A stretch of 64,000 nt of DNA from Perna viridis (Eukaryota): assembly GCA_037379345.1 (NCBI GenBank), contig CM074514.1, positions 37,634,001-37,698,000 of the forward strand. Direction: 5' to 3'. Of the stretch, positions 27,401 through 42,400 are shown piece by piece (the stretch's first letter is position 1; every line of letters begins with the position of its first letter). Made by a program: the position numbers and the translations under genes. The notes under the pieces are model-generated. The model saw nothing but the letters and a program-made list of their open reading frames with translations. It did no database searches and had not been told where the DNA came from.

Positions 27401-30400
27401 TGAAATTATCTAGCAATGATTACACAATTAAAGATCTGATAAATTCATCATAATGCTTGGATTGCTTTATTTATTCAGGTCATCTGATTATGGTCTTTCC
27501 CCCTAGGCTTTACACAAATAGGAGGAAATTGATTTGAAATAGACATTCACCCATGCTGACAGCTATGCTTTTTTACCTTGTTAAGTGTCAGAATTTGATG
27601 AAGTATAAAGGCTGATTCCCTTTGATTCTTCATATTTTGCATTCTTACATGTATCCAAATTTAAGGGGTGACTTTCTGAAAAATTGTTAATAATGCATCT
27701 GTTGTCACTATTGTGTATTGCATGGTTGATAATAAGTTAACATTTCCTTTTGTATCCTGTCAAAATATACATATCTGTCTGTATTCAGTATATACAATTC
27801 TGTGGTATAGTGTGCTCAATTCAAAATTTTAAATTCTTTAAAACTTTAGCTTAACTGTCGTTATTGATGATCTTTATTTTTTGTGACATTTTGGTCAATT
27901 AAATTGTCCTCGACAAACGTCTGGGGGTTATTTTAACATGATGGATTACTATTTTTTTTTTCAATCTTTTCTGTTAATTGCTTCAAAACCTGATTATTAT
28001 CCAAACCACATCAAAAGTTAAGTTGGCAGCCTCACCTGTAATTATATCATAAATACCTGTACTTTTAACGATCACTCATGAACTTTGTCCCAAAGAGCAG
28101 GTGTAATTTAGTCATTTTGAAAAATTGAATCAAGGTTTCAAATTTCAATAAAACATGCTTTTTTCCAGGGTCGGGTACTGTCACTATGTGCAGACAATAC
28201 TATCACATTATGGGAGATAAATGATAAAGGCGAAAACACAGTCCTTGAAGATGTGAAAGAATTTAAATTCAGTGCTGAAGAAAGGTAAACATTCATTAAT
28301 ACAGGTAAAATACAGGTACGCTTGGTGAGATTATCTATTGTCAAGGCAGTTTGGTCTAGCGTTATCTGAGCCAGGCTGGATTTTTATCTATAATTAGTTA
28401 AAATCATATAAATCATTGATAAATTAAGGTAATTTCCAGGTGGCCCCTAGTTAGCTTGACCCATCCACAGTTGAATAATTTTTGTTAAAGACCTGTCCAA
28501 TCCTCTTAACCATGTTTAGAAATTTCTTGAAAAAGGGGGGCAGTCATGCTATCATAGGTTTTATTGTTTTATATTAATTGCTGTCATAAGACTATCCAAA
28601 TAAACATCTTTTGATTATCTTTTAAAACTATTAAGATGGTTGTCTTGTTTCTCACACATAGGTGATCTTCTTAAGCAAATTCTTTTAGAACTAGATTTTT
28701 GAGATTTGATGAATCATGCACTTGAGCTCTGATACAAAATGTTTACCCTTTAATGGGTCAAACTTGTAAAGTCTGATGAATGCACTGGGATGACATCTGC
28801 CTTTTAACAATTAAAGTTGCATGTTGGGTGAAATTTATCCTTTATTGAACAAAGACATTAAACTCAGACCACCAGGTGAAGTTTAACTGAAGGTACAGTA
28901 CAATTATGGTGGATTGTACCATATCCACTTTTCCCGGATTCAAGGTGGCATACAAAGGCTATTCTGTAAAATTCCTATAAAACACTAATCTACTTCCAAG
29001 GAGGCAATATTTGATTAAACAGGAATCCAGTTAAAATTCAAAATCACTTTTACAAGTGATGAATAGATGTTCAGTTTGTGCATTGCATGGGTATTGTTTA
29101 TGCTTAAATAATAGCCCTGTTATGCTGTGCAAAATAAGTTTTTCTCATATTTTTTAAGCTCATCTTATCTGACATTAAGGTACATTGTGTTGGTACATTT
29201 ATTTTCACATCAATTGTACATTTTTACACTAAATCCTAAAATTTAATGCATATTTATTAAGTCTTTGTCTACCATGAGCTAGTAGAGAAAGCAGAATTAA
29301 AATTATCTACAACTCAATTGATTATCCATCTATTTAGGAGTCTGGTTGGGTGTTATAACAATGGTATCGTTTATAGGATTAAAACTAAGAATACCATAAC
29401 TTTTTGGTGGTGAGAGTTGTTATACACGGAATCATATAAGGGCAGATAACTCTGGCAAAAAGCACAATTTTTGACATAAGATAGCACATCAGTTATTTGG
29501 AATTAAGAGGAGCAGTTTGTTTTGAGTTGGAAATACGTTAACAGATAGGTGTGTTTGTTTTTTTTATTTAATTTTTTTTTTAACATGTTTCAACTTTTTT
29601 CAAAATTTTATTCTTTTAGAAACTTTCTCATCAGACTAGACAGATTTATGTCCCCTGCTGGTAAATTTACACTATATTTATTTTCTTGTGCATATTTTGC
29701 CTCAGCAGCTGTTACATAACAAAGCATTTTGAGCTTATAACTTATTTACATTTAGTTTCAAGTCATTGCATTGATATAAAGTACAGCAAATTAAGAAACT
29801 TTTTTTTCCAAATCTATTCCTCAATTACTGGATTGGTATATTTCCATTAGCAACAAGCATCTGAAGAAAGCAGTAGATTGTTACCTTGTGATTTGTACTT
29901 GTAAAATAATAAAATCAATGACAATATATTATGTATCCGATGCTTTGTAACTGGTCACCTGGAAATTACCTGTGTCTTTTAAAATAGTAGCAGTGAAAAC
30001 TATAAATTGGTGCTGTCAGAGAGAAATTCTATACATTCTAAACTTGAGATGCAAATTCTATGAATCCCCTATTAACTGCTTGATTGATTTGCATAATGCA
30101 GTAAAACCTCTCTGAACAAAGTCTTTATTCTGTTGCTTTTAGCTAAATGTTAGGTTTCTTGAGTATTTCATATAACTAATAGTAGGTCAATGCTAAGAAA
30201 TATTGGTAAGAAGTGCCCTGTTTCATTTACAAAATTCAACTAGGATTTTCTTCAAATCTTTTATTTTCAAGCTGTCTGATTCGTAGTAGTTCAATGTAAG
30301 GAAACACTCAGTTTTTAGATTGTTAGCTGAAACCAGTTTTAGGCTTATTGTTATGTTTGTTTAAGGAGGTAGACTTAAGGTAAGGGAGACAACTCATACA

Positions 30401-33400
30401 AATCATTGGAATGTTTGAATTCAGCATTTTACATCCAACTCATGTAAGCATCAAAGTAACAAAGATTGATTTAATTTTGTTTCAAATGGAAGCTTAATAG
30501 GCTTTGGTGAAATTTAATATGATACAAACCTTTCACTAATTTCAAGAGTTATGTCCCTTACCCTAGTAGTGAGGTACTTGGTTTTTGCAGGATTCATTCT
30601 TAACCGGTTATACTGTATGACTATAAAGAAATGGAAAAATTTTTATGATATTTTTATTGATTATGATACAAACCAGAGTCTAGACTTCCATAATCAATAA
30701 TGTGATTATTTTATACAGAATGTAAACAATTAGTGAATTTCTTAACTGGTTTAATTTGTTTTTTTATGTAGAAATCAATGGTAATTAATCATTATAACAG
30801 GTAAAGTGTGATTAATCATTGGATATTTACAGATCATGATTTCACATTGTTTGTTTATTGTTCACTTCTAGTCTACGTTGAAGTGCCTACTCGGCACACA
30901 ATTGCATTTAAAGGAAATGATACCTGAGTCATAAAAAACTGAAGTTCTCTTGGTCATTCTGTTGTTACAATACATGACAACCGACCCCTTTTCTGGTTTC
31001 TATATTCAGGGTTTTATTTAGACTTTTTTTAAGTGTATTGTCAGGTCGTAATCAGGATGGTGAAATTGATGTCATCAATAAAACAATGGGAAATTGGATA
31101 ATTATTTTTTTTGTTTCCCTGAAACCAAGTTTGGAGACGATATGAATTAGCTAGACCCTGTCTGTTTGTTTATCCCTCCATCTGTTAGTCTATCCCCTTA
31201 TTGTTAGCTCACCTACAGATATGACTGTATGTCATTTTTTTCCCATAATTTGTTGAAATGTAAGTGAAGTAACAAGGACAAGACATGTTCGTAAAGTCAA
31301 AATACAAATTGGATCATGACAGAGTGTAATTGTTGCACTCATAATAGTAATGGGTGTATTTTCAGTTATGAGTGTTTTAAACCACTTATAATTTACTCAT
31401 ATCTTTGCTTTTTCAGCAAATTCAAGAATATTTCAGTATGTTCTCTGACCGCAAACAAAGAGTACTTATTGATAGGTACAGAGATAGGCAATATCTTCAT
31501 GTTAGACGTGAAGACCTTCCAACTGTTAGACCAAATCATTTACCAAGAAGTTGTCATGCAAAAGTAAGTAGAATCTTATTTCAGAGCTCGGAAATAAACC
31601 AGGGATGATTTTTTTTTTTTGCCTTTTTTAGCAGAATTCTGCCATTTCAAATCTGGATTTTACCATTACGATTCTTTTTTTTACTTTATATTTGCTTCAG
31701 ATTTTGTCAATTTCCGTTTTGTAGACCTAGTAAAATCGTCACTGATAAACGATAGCAATGACTATTTGGCAAAGATTTTTTAAGCGCAGATCTTTGGATA
31801 GATATATTAAAATTTGCATTCATCTGTCTAATTTATGATGTTATATCGTGTACTGTTGTAGCAGTAATTAATTTCCAGTGTTGACTATTTCTAAGTTTGT
31901 TGCTGAGGACTGAGATTGATAATTGTAAGTAACACATCTAAGCTTAAATATGACTAAATGTGGAATGGTTTTCATTTTAGTGTCCCTGATGACTTCAAAG
32001 TTAATCCAGGTGCAGTTGAAGCCATAGTAGTTCATCCTTCAAACCCTGATCAGGTAAAATATGATTTGCATTGTACATGCATTGAGCTACATTTAAAATT
32101 CTTTATCTGTCCTGTGCTAACTGGTTTTGACCTTAAGAATTTTTGATTTTGTACTTAAATTTATCGGAACTATTTTATTACATATTTCTAATACATTTGT
32201 GTGTTTTGAGTATGCAGCATAGTTTTTGTAGAAACTGAATAATGGAATTTTGGCACTCAAAACTAACATACTTGAGACATCTTGTAACTACACATTTCAC
32301 TTATTTGAATATTTTCTATACAGGTATTGTCAAAAAAGAAAATTTAGGTTGAAATAAGCCATTTATTCCTGCTTATGAGAAGGGAGACAACTGCTACTTA
32401 AACATATTTACTTTTGGACACTTTAAAAATGATGCTTCTTTCATACTGATTTTGTAAAACTGAACTTTAACCTCTAGCAAAATCAATTTTCATTCACCAC
32501 CATACAAAGTGGCAGGGTATAATGTGAACCTTCTAAAAAGTTACATGTCCATCCCCCAATGTGGTCCAGTTGAAAACTTGAGAACAGACCATTGACTTCT
32601 TTTTTAAACTTAGCACAGTTGTATAGTACGATAAAATACAGTTTAAGTTTATTTTTTTTTTCAGCAAAATAAAAATTTGTAGTTTTCCAGTTAGGCCTTT
32701 TTGAACATTTTGTCATCACCATTACATGGCAGGGTATAATTTAATTTTCCATTAATGCCTTATTTATTAATTGTCTATGTTCTAGGTTCTCATTGGATAC
32801 AACAGAGGACTGGTTGTGTTATGGGATAACAAGAATAGCAACACTGTACAGACATACAATGCCACACAGGTATTGTTTGAGCAAGCTTTTATGTTTAGCC
32901 AAATAAAATTAATTAGTAGGTGTTCATCCCCTCTACCATAAAAATTGACCTCTTTTTTTTTAATTAGGCGGGAGTTTCAAAATCAGGATTTTTTTCATGT
33001 CAGTTTTTAGTATTGAGGTGCTATAACACAAAAAATCTTTCATTTCTTAGTGAATTAAATGATGTTTTTTTTCTTTGAAACTGGTGTGGCAATGGATTTA
33101 GAACATATCTATCCTTAAAATAGCCAAAATTAGGCTGGTAAGGAATAACATATAAAGAATAAAATCCTCCCACCCTCCCCAAATTTTTTTTTGAAGGTTG
33201 GATGAAAATTGACTATTTAAGTTTACTTGGCCTTACTGGGAAACTAAGCAGAGGTGTTCACCTTTACAGATTCTCATAAGTTTTTGTGAAGTTAGATCAC
33301 AAATAATGCTCTTGGGATTGTGAATCTCTCTATAGTACATGTATCTATGTGAAAATTACACTAAGTTCAGTAATTTACGGATCATTTTCATAAAATACAG

Positions 33401-36400
33401 CTGTTAATATGGATTGTCTTATTGAATAACAAGAATGGAAATGGTGAGTATGCTAAAGAGATAACAACCCCACCTGGTTATCCTAAAAATTCCCTTGGAC
33501 CCTATTAAAAGATGTGTTGAGTATGATCCCTGACCCATGTCATACTCAGGACTTTGAACTTTTGTTGCCAGAATGCTTCTAGGCCAATCACACATGAAAG
33601 ACAGATTTAGCTATGAATGGTGGGGTCGGAGTCAGAATAATGTGCAAGGCTGTTGTTTCTGGGAGTTAACACACAGTTAAAATAAATTATTTTATTCATC
33701 ATATTTTTTCTTTTGTTTTATAGCAACTAGAATCCCTGTGTTGGCATAGAAATGGTAAAGAGTTTATGAGTGCACATATAGATGGAAGTTACACAGTATG
33801 GAATGCTGCAGACTCTGCCAATCCTAAGGAGGCTCCACTTACTCCATATGGTAATTTCAAGTAGTGTAGATTCTATTTTTACTATTGGTAGATTTTCTTA
33901 TAATGTAAACCCTACAAGTTTTTTTTCCGCTAGTGAACTTTTGTGGTTAGAAGCAATGATTTTATAACACAGCAGTTTGACTACCAATTTAAGAATAGTC
34001 GTATTTATCTTGTTCAACCTCTTCCATGTGTAAATTTAATGTTATATTTAAGATTCAAAAATAAGAAAGGAACTGGGTCATAGATATTTAAAAATAAAGA
34101 GGAAAGTGACGTTGATCTGTTTTTTTTGTTTTTATTTTTATTTTTAATTTGTTTTTTTTTTGTTTTTTGGTTTTTTTTTTTTCGAGGGATGGGTTTATAC
34201 TTTCTCGAATAACTAAGTGGCCTAAAAGTAATAGGATAATTAATTGGAAAGAGTGAATAACCAAAATATCACAAGTGCCAAAGAACGCCTAGATTTAACT
34301 AGTGTGCGGAGCTTGTTGGCATGAGTGATCATATTTTGGTTATTCACGATAACCAATTGATCATCCTATTTATTATACAGACTTCCTCCATTATTCATTG
34401 TTATTTTCAACATAAATTTAAAATTATTTGAACAGTGAATTGATATTCATGTTGTGACGTTTTGGCGGGAGAAGCGCAAGAGTGAAATTAGCGAATTTAT
34501 TTCACAGTGTGAATTATCTTTAAAAAAATTACACTGGGAACATTCAGTATATCACTGCTATCTATATAAGTTATTGTCTCTTGATTTACCTTAGTGACCT
34601 ATATAACAATGTGCAGATAAACTTTAAAATATTCTACAAACTCAGATGAAAAAATGAACTACTGTGAAAGTACTATTGTTTGTTGGGAACTGAATTTTGT
34701 GGTTTTCATGGTTAGGCCCAACCACAAAATTTGGTTCCCAACAAAATGAAAATTTTCATTGATTTGTATACAGAAAACTTCAAAACCATGAATTCAAGAA
34801 TCCATTAACTTGTGTGTTTTTCCTAAGCCATGAAAATTGGTATCCACAAATTAAAGAACTTTCACAGTATAACGACATGTATATTGTTTTTTAGGTCCAT
34901 TCCCGTGTAAAGCTATAAGTAAAATTGATTGGAAGACAGCAAAATCGTAAGTATTCTCTAGACTGATATTTGGTACTTTATCTCAGTTAGGTTGTACATG
35001 TATCATATCTTTTACCTGGTCTTCAGCCAAGTTTAGGAAAATTTTGTTTCAGTTGGGCAGTACTTGCATGTTTCTGACCTTGCAAATAGTTTTTTAAACT
35101 CACGATGATATTTTCATATGGTCTGGCTTATTTAGTTGCATTCCTTGAATGATATGTTTAACAATTCATTAACAACCTATTGAAAAATCTTTGTGTGATG
35201 TAATTCAGTTGTTATACCCCAGTCAGCAAGTCTGTGGTATATTAGAACTTCCCTGTCTGTCAAAATTTCGTCACAAAAATCTTGGCTCCCACTGGAAAGG
35301 TAGATTTCAAATTTGGTATATTGCATTATATTGAAAAGGGGCATGTTGAAAGTGATTTTGTTGTCTTATATTAACTTCCAGTATGGGTGGGGGTATACCT
35401 TTCACATCAACGCATGCCATTTCATGTATAATTATCATTTCTCTTGAAGGGATCCATTCATAATATTTTCCGGTGGAATGCCTCGTGCCAGTTACGGTGA
35501 TAGACATACCATTAGTGTTATGGAAGGTTCCAATAATCATGTAGTGTTTGATTTTACATCTAAAGTCATTGACTTCCAAACATTGGGTCGAGCTGATGCT
35601 AACGAAGAGGATGATAGCAGTGGTGAGTTTTGAAAAATAGGGAATTAATGTTTCAGTAATGAATCAATGTTTCCAAAAACTGGTCTTGTTGGATAATCCG
35701 AGAAAAAAAAATGCATGTAAAAAATTCTGATTTCAGTTGTCCTGACCTATGTCCCATTTCAAATACAAGAAATTTGGGATATAAGATTTTAGACTGCAAG
35801 GGACATATTAAATGCTATGCTTTGCTCTGATTGAATAAGCACAGATAAAAAATGTTCCTATACATTGAATACAGGTGGGAATACAATGTTCTTAATCGAT
35901 TTATATCATAAAAAGATACATGTTTTTAAAAAAAACTAATTACAATAATTTTATTCTATTAATCAACCAATCTGTGTTACAATTCTTTAAAAAAAAATTG
36001 CTTAAGTCAGTTTGACACAAGAATAATTTGATCAATTGCTTGCTATTGAAGAAAGATTGTGTTTTACAACCTTGAAAATAATTGCCAAGGATGTATCCTA
36101 CATGTACTATTTCATTCCAGAATATGACGAGCCCCATTGTTTAGTAGTCCTTTTAGAAGAAGAGTTGATTGTGATAGATTTAGAGTCTACCAACTGGCCA
36201 TCTTTCCAGAACCCATACCTGAACAGTTTACATTCATCACCTATCACCTGTTCACATCATGTTGCTAACGTACCTAGCTCACTATGGCAGAAAATAGAGG
36301 ATGTTGGAGAATCTCAGTCTAAATCATATTCGAAAATGGTAATTGTATATATTGAAATACTAGGATTTGTTTTCCTTAAGGATAAACCAGACTGATAATT

Positions 36401-39400
36401 AGTCAATATGCCAAGCAAAAATATAAGTGTTTCCTATTACGCCTTTGAAGAAATGGGTAGGTAGGAAGAGAATTTTGGGTTTTTTCCTCTTTTTTTTTTC
36501 ATTGCATCCAAGGGAGAAACCTTCTGACTTCCATCAGTGCTTATTGAAAAGTGATAACTTTAGGGTACACTATACTTAGCTGAAAAATAGGATGGGTAGG
36601 ATGATTAGAAACATACAATTTTTTTTTTAGCTCACCAGGCCGTAGGCCATGTGAGCTATTGCCATCACTTGGCATCCATCATCATCGTCATCATTAACCA
36701 TTCTTCAAAACTCATCTCATCCGACACTACTGGACCAATTTGAAGCAAACTTGGTATGAATGTTCCTTGGGGTATCCTGCCTAGAACTGATGTGGGGAGT
36801 TTGTTGAGAAACATGGCCGCCGTTACTAAAAATAGAACATAGGGGTCAGACAGTAGTTTTTCGCATATATCTCCAAAACTGTTAGGTTTAGCTTAATTAT
36901 GAGGTGGGTAAAAGTGTTCAGCATGATGAGATCTATCTGGTCAAATTTTCATTTTAATCTGTTAAGCCATGTTGGAGTTGTTGCCCTTTTTCGAAATTGT
37001 TTGCTATTTTTAATGTTATTTCTTAGAAAGTCTTCTCCTCTGTCACTACTTGACCAATTGGAACCAAACTTGGTATGAATGTTCCTTACAATATCCTGCA
37101 TAGAACTGATGTGGGGAGTTATGATCTGTCAAAAAACATGGCTGCCATTACTAAAAATACAACATAGAGGTCGGACAGTAGTTTTTCGCATACATGTATA
37201 TCTCCAAAACCATATTATTAGGACTGCAAAAGTCTTCAGGGATAAAAGTTGTCAGATAATTCCTGGTAAGAGTTAGTGTCCTTGAAAAGGGAAAAATGGG
37301 GGTTTTTTTTAGTTTTCAGCTAATTACTAGAAAACTGTGATAAAAATTCTTCTTAAATTTACTGCCCTTGAAAGACAAAATTCAACCAGGTGAGCAATTC
37401 AGGCTCCTAGGAGCCTCTTGTTTATTTGCCCTTATGTTCATTTCTTGTATATATTCGTATTAAGAGATATTCACTCAGTTACATGTATGTTCTGCTGGTT
37501 GTATAAACAGATCACTATTTTAGGTCATTGATATTTTGTAGGAGTGGCCAATCAATGGAGGAAAGCTTAAAGGTGCAGAAGGAACTAGTAAAGATTTATT
37601 ACTTACTGGGTAAATGTTTTAAGCCTTACTAGTTTCCGACAGAATTCGATTTCTGTAAATTCTTCTCCTGTCATTTTACTTTTCAACCAAAATTGGATTC
37701 TTGTGTAGGATGGAATGGTTTGAATTATTTCCCCACTCAAGATAGTAAAATTAAAACTTTAAACATGCATGCTGTATCAAGCATTGTGAATCAAAACTTT
37801 TGATTAAAGTTTAAATATTTTGTATACAACTCAGATAATTTAAACAGTCTGGAAACCAGAAAAAGGCCTTGAGACTTCCAAAGCCTTTATCTGTCACTGT
37901 TAGAACACTATTAGATTTTCACAATAAAACATAAAATGCTTCCTTATAGACACGAAGATGGTACAATTAAATTCTGGGATGCCTCAGGTGTGTCTATGCA
38001 GCTCATGTACACCCTTTCAACAGCTGCCATGTATAATGTTGAGTTCCATTCTGGGGAACAAAACTCACCTGAAGTAGAGGAAGAGTGGCCACCATTCAGG
38101 AAGGTAATTAATTTGACAGACTTATCACTTAGGTTAGTAAAAGTTCAGTTCTGGAAAACTTTGGCTAGTTCATGTTTCAAGAAAAAAAATACAAAAAGCC
38201 TCTTTTAAGAAAGAATTATACACTATATACTTCTCGTAAAATCATTCCTGATACTTACTGCCTATAATGCTCTTGATTAGTAGGGCAGTAGCCAGTGACT
38301 TAAATGCAAGGTGCAAAAAAAGGTATGTTTTAATTTTTTATTTTTTTTTAAGGTTGGTATTTATGACCCATTCAGTGACGATCCCAGACTAGGCATACAG
38401 AAGATTTCCATGTGTCCACTAAGTGAAACATGTGTTGTTGCCGGCACAGCAGGTCAAATCATGGTTCTACAGATGGAACGTGACGAAAGGGAATATGAAG
38501 TGTCATGCGACACCATGAACATTGTAAGCGATCGTGACAATTTTGTGTGGAAGGGTCATGAAGCATTGAAGTCAAGAGAAGGAGAAGTTAAATATACTGC
38601 TGGTTACCAGCCAATAGCCATGATTCAGTTACACCCTCCAGCTGCCTGTACGGCTCTAGCATTCCATTCTGGATGGCAATTGTAAGTATTGTAACATAAA
38701 ATAATTACACCACTGTTCAAAGAGTGGTTGGTTTATTAGATTTTGATAGCGTTGATTTACCGAATGTTTTACCGTGTAAAAATTTTTGATAATTCACACT
38801 GTGAAATAAATTTGGTAATTTTGCTCTGGCACTTTTTCCCACCAAAACATTACATGTATATCAATCCGTGATTAACACAAAACTTGAATTTTATGTAGAA
38901 AATGGCAACAAATAAGGGAGAAAATCTACATTATAAATAGAATAATCAGTTGGTTATACACTCTTTCCAATTAATTATCCTATAAATCACTTTGTCCTGT
39001 GAAAATTTCAATTTAATTATTTTACTGCCAATTGACAGAATTAAACAAAATTTGGTTTATAACTTAATATAGTTGGGGCATTTGTTGTATGGGGTTTGTG
39101 CTGCAGTCAAATATTTGCAGGACTAAGCCATTTTTACAAAGGACAAGTTTGATTTTTTTATTTCTTAAGTGGCATATGCTTGCTTGCTCTCCAATATCAG
39201 TTTCTCTTTTTAAGGGAGTGCTGTACAAGTTTAGGGTATACTTAACTTCATTTTGATTCTCAATCTGTTTTCTCATAGTGTCATTGAATTATTATGATAT
39301 AATGAAACAAAACATTTTTCATAGGCTAAAGCTGAAGCATACCTGCTTAGGACAAAAATGTTTATAACCCATACAGTTATTCAAACCTTGGCTTAAAAAA

Positions 39401-42400
39401 AAACAAACAAATAATGGTTATAATAGATGCCATTATTCTTCATAGAAATATAAACCAGATAACACTTCATATAATAGTAAATAAACAAATTGCATGTTTG
39501 CACATATAAATAATTTTCCAATTTTAATCAGAGATCCTTTTCTTATTCAGGATTGTGCTGTATTAATCTTCTTTTGGTACTTTGTTCATGTCTGTGGAAC
39601 AGTTAATGTTTAAAGGGAGATAATTCTGGCATTTTTCTTAACTAACAATGACTTTTTTTTTTTTTTCCAGAGTTGCTATGGGAACAGCTCATGGTTTTGC
39701 ATTGTTTGATTATGCTCAGAAGAGACCAGTAGCAACCAGATGTACACTTAACCCTGATGGTAAGGTCTAAGCTAATTATTCTTTCCCCTCGGCAAATGCA
39801 TGAAAAACTTCATGCCTTGTATGAAAATCAAGAATCCAAGAATCACACGAGGACTTCTTATTAGTAACCTTTCATACATGCTGTTTGTGTTTAATATTTT
39901 GCATTTTCAACAGGAAATTTTGTAATGATAAATAGGAAATGTGTTGGTTGTATATTGTTGAATTTTAAGATATACTGTCTAAGTACCAATTTCAGTTAGG
40001 TTGGTGGCACAGAGAATCTATTCATTCAAATTCCCATCGAGAGGGTATGTTTCAATTGAAAATGTTAATTGTCAAATAATATCCAAGAATTCAAGAGGTC
40101 ACAAAAAAACAATAGTTTGCCCAACCATAAAATTGATACCCACAAATAAAATTACCTTCTCAATAATCTTTCTCATGAAAGATTTTTTTATTATCATATT
40201 GCTGCATTGCCAGAAAATGTAATGAATACATCCGTTTTTTAGATATGACTGGTACTTCAGACACCCCCATGTCTAGGAGGAAATCTCTGAAAAAATCCTT
40301 GAGAGAATCATTCCGTAGACTGAGGAAGAGGCGGTCAGAGAGGAGACAAGATAAACCCAAAACTGAACACAAGACGTAAGTAGTATCAATGATGTTAGTG
40401 CTCAGCAGTTGATGTGTTGTAGTGATGAGGAATATTGAAAATAAGTTGGGAGTCTAGGAATGCTTTAGCAGATACACAGAACATAAAACATTCTTTCAAA
40501 AAAAAGAGATTTTTAGCACTTGATCTTGTAATTGATTAAGTTGTGTTGATCATTATTAAGAATTATTTGAACACTAAAAATAGTATTACATTAGCATTGG
40601 AATCTGGAACTTTACAATTACGTTAGTTTTAGTTTAAAGTCTATATTCAGGACATGGGTTCTCCTTGTAAAGCTGAAAGGGCTATTGTTACAGGGTCTAT
40701 AAGTCAGTCATTACACTTTTTGAAGTTGTCTTACCATATGAGCAGTTTGAAATGTTGACTTGGTTTCATGTCTTGTTGTCTGTTAGGCACATTGTCTTGC
40801 TTTTTTTTTCTTTTTTCTTTTTTTTTGCAAAACTCCTGAATTTTAATTATTGTATCTAACATTCTATGTAATCTATGATTAAAGGATGTTTTCATGTCTG
40901 CTTGTTTTTTCTTTGCAAAAGAAACAAAAATTGATGTGTTTTCCCAAGTAATATAAGTTATTTTAAGGGACAAATGTCATGTATTGCTCTACTTCAGCAA
41001 TTTTAACAGTACATTTTTTTTTTTAAATTAAATCAATTTAGTGCTGAATATTGATTATATGACTATACTTATCTGTGATATGTTCGTTGAAAACGTGATT
41101 TCCGTTTTTCTATACCAATAGAGATGACAAAGAAAAGAAATCAGAAGATGATGGAAGTTCATCACCATCCAAGAGTCGGGCATCTCCTGGAGCTGGGGCA
41201 TCACCAGAGACTCGACCTGTTGAGAGACAGATTGAAGCCAGAAATCCAGATGAGGCAGTAGGCTCTATGGTTCGGTGTTTATATTTCGCAGATACTTTTG
41301 TAACAAATTGTGAGTATTTGTGACTTTTTCCCATTCTTTGTAGCATCTGGTAATATATGGTAGGTAATTTTCAATGGATGCTGATTTAGGGGTATTTTGG
41401 TGGTCTGTCTAGAAGTTAATTTGAATTAGTAGCTTCAAGGTATTAGTGTACCACTAAGCACCCACCAAAATTAGAGTCTGAAAAATGTTTTGTTACACCT
41501 TTTTGCCACAAAATTGTGAAAATATTCCGCTGTATGGTGTAATCAGATGAGATGACCAGGATATCATTGGAATTATCAAAATTGTATAAAAGTTGATAAT
41601 CAGTCAGTCTTAAAAAAAATTAGCTGTAATTTGTAAGTAAAACAGATGCCTTAATTGTTAATAATTCAAAGAAAAAAAATCATTAATGCCCTAATTCCTG
41701 TACAAGATAGTATATTCAACATTTTTCATGTTTTGTACAATATGAAGAGCCTTTGACTTATTTTGAAGGTGATATGCCAAAACTCTTCTATGTCCATAAA
41801 GAGGTAGACCTATGGTCAGGGACATAACTCTTGAAATCTGTGATATGTTAGTGTCATATCCAATTTCATCAAAGCCTTTCAAGCTTTCCTTTGAAACAGA
41901 ATGAAATCAGTCCAAGTTACTTTGATGCTTCCATGAGATTGATGTGAAATGCTGAATACAAACATTCCAATGATTTTTATGAGTTGTGTCACTTACCCTA
42001 GGTCTACCTCCTTAATTACTATCTTAAAACATTATTCTCTTTTCTTATATTTTAGCCACAGACAGTGCTCCCTCATTGTGGGTGGGAACCAATGGTGGCC
42101 ATGTCTACATCTACACAATGACAGTACCAACAGAGAAGAGAAACCAGACAGACGTAATAGCTGTTATCGCAAAAGAAATAAAAATAAAACACAAGGCACC
42201 CGTCATACACATAGCTGTTGTTGACACTAAATCTCGTGTTTTACCCGAACCATTAGAGGTGGAGAATGAACGAGCCAAGGCAGCTGACTACACTGGAGGG
42301 CATCATACTGTAGTTATTTGTACAGAAGAACAACTTAAAGTGAGTTATGGACTAAATGTTTATGGTGAATTGTCTAGAAATGTATAACTTTATTTTTGCA

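Noticed and set aside
28285-28322. Two extra CAG|GTA donors after Lgl exon 28169-28284
   Set aside because: Extension hits an immediate in-frame TAA; no support for use
35307-35579. 90-aa minus-strand ORF
   Set aside because: Antisense to a real Lgl exon (35450-35622)
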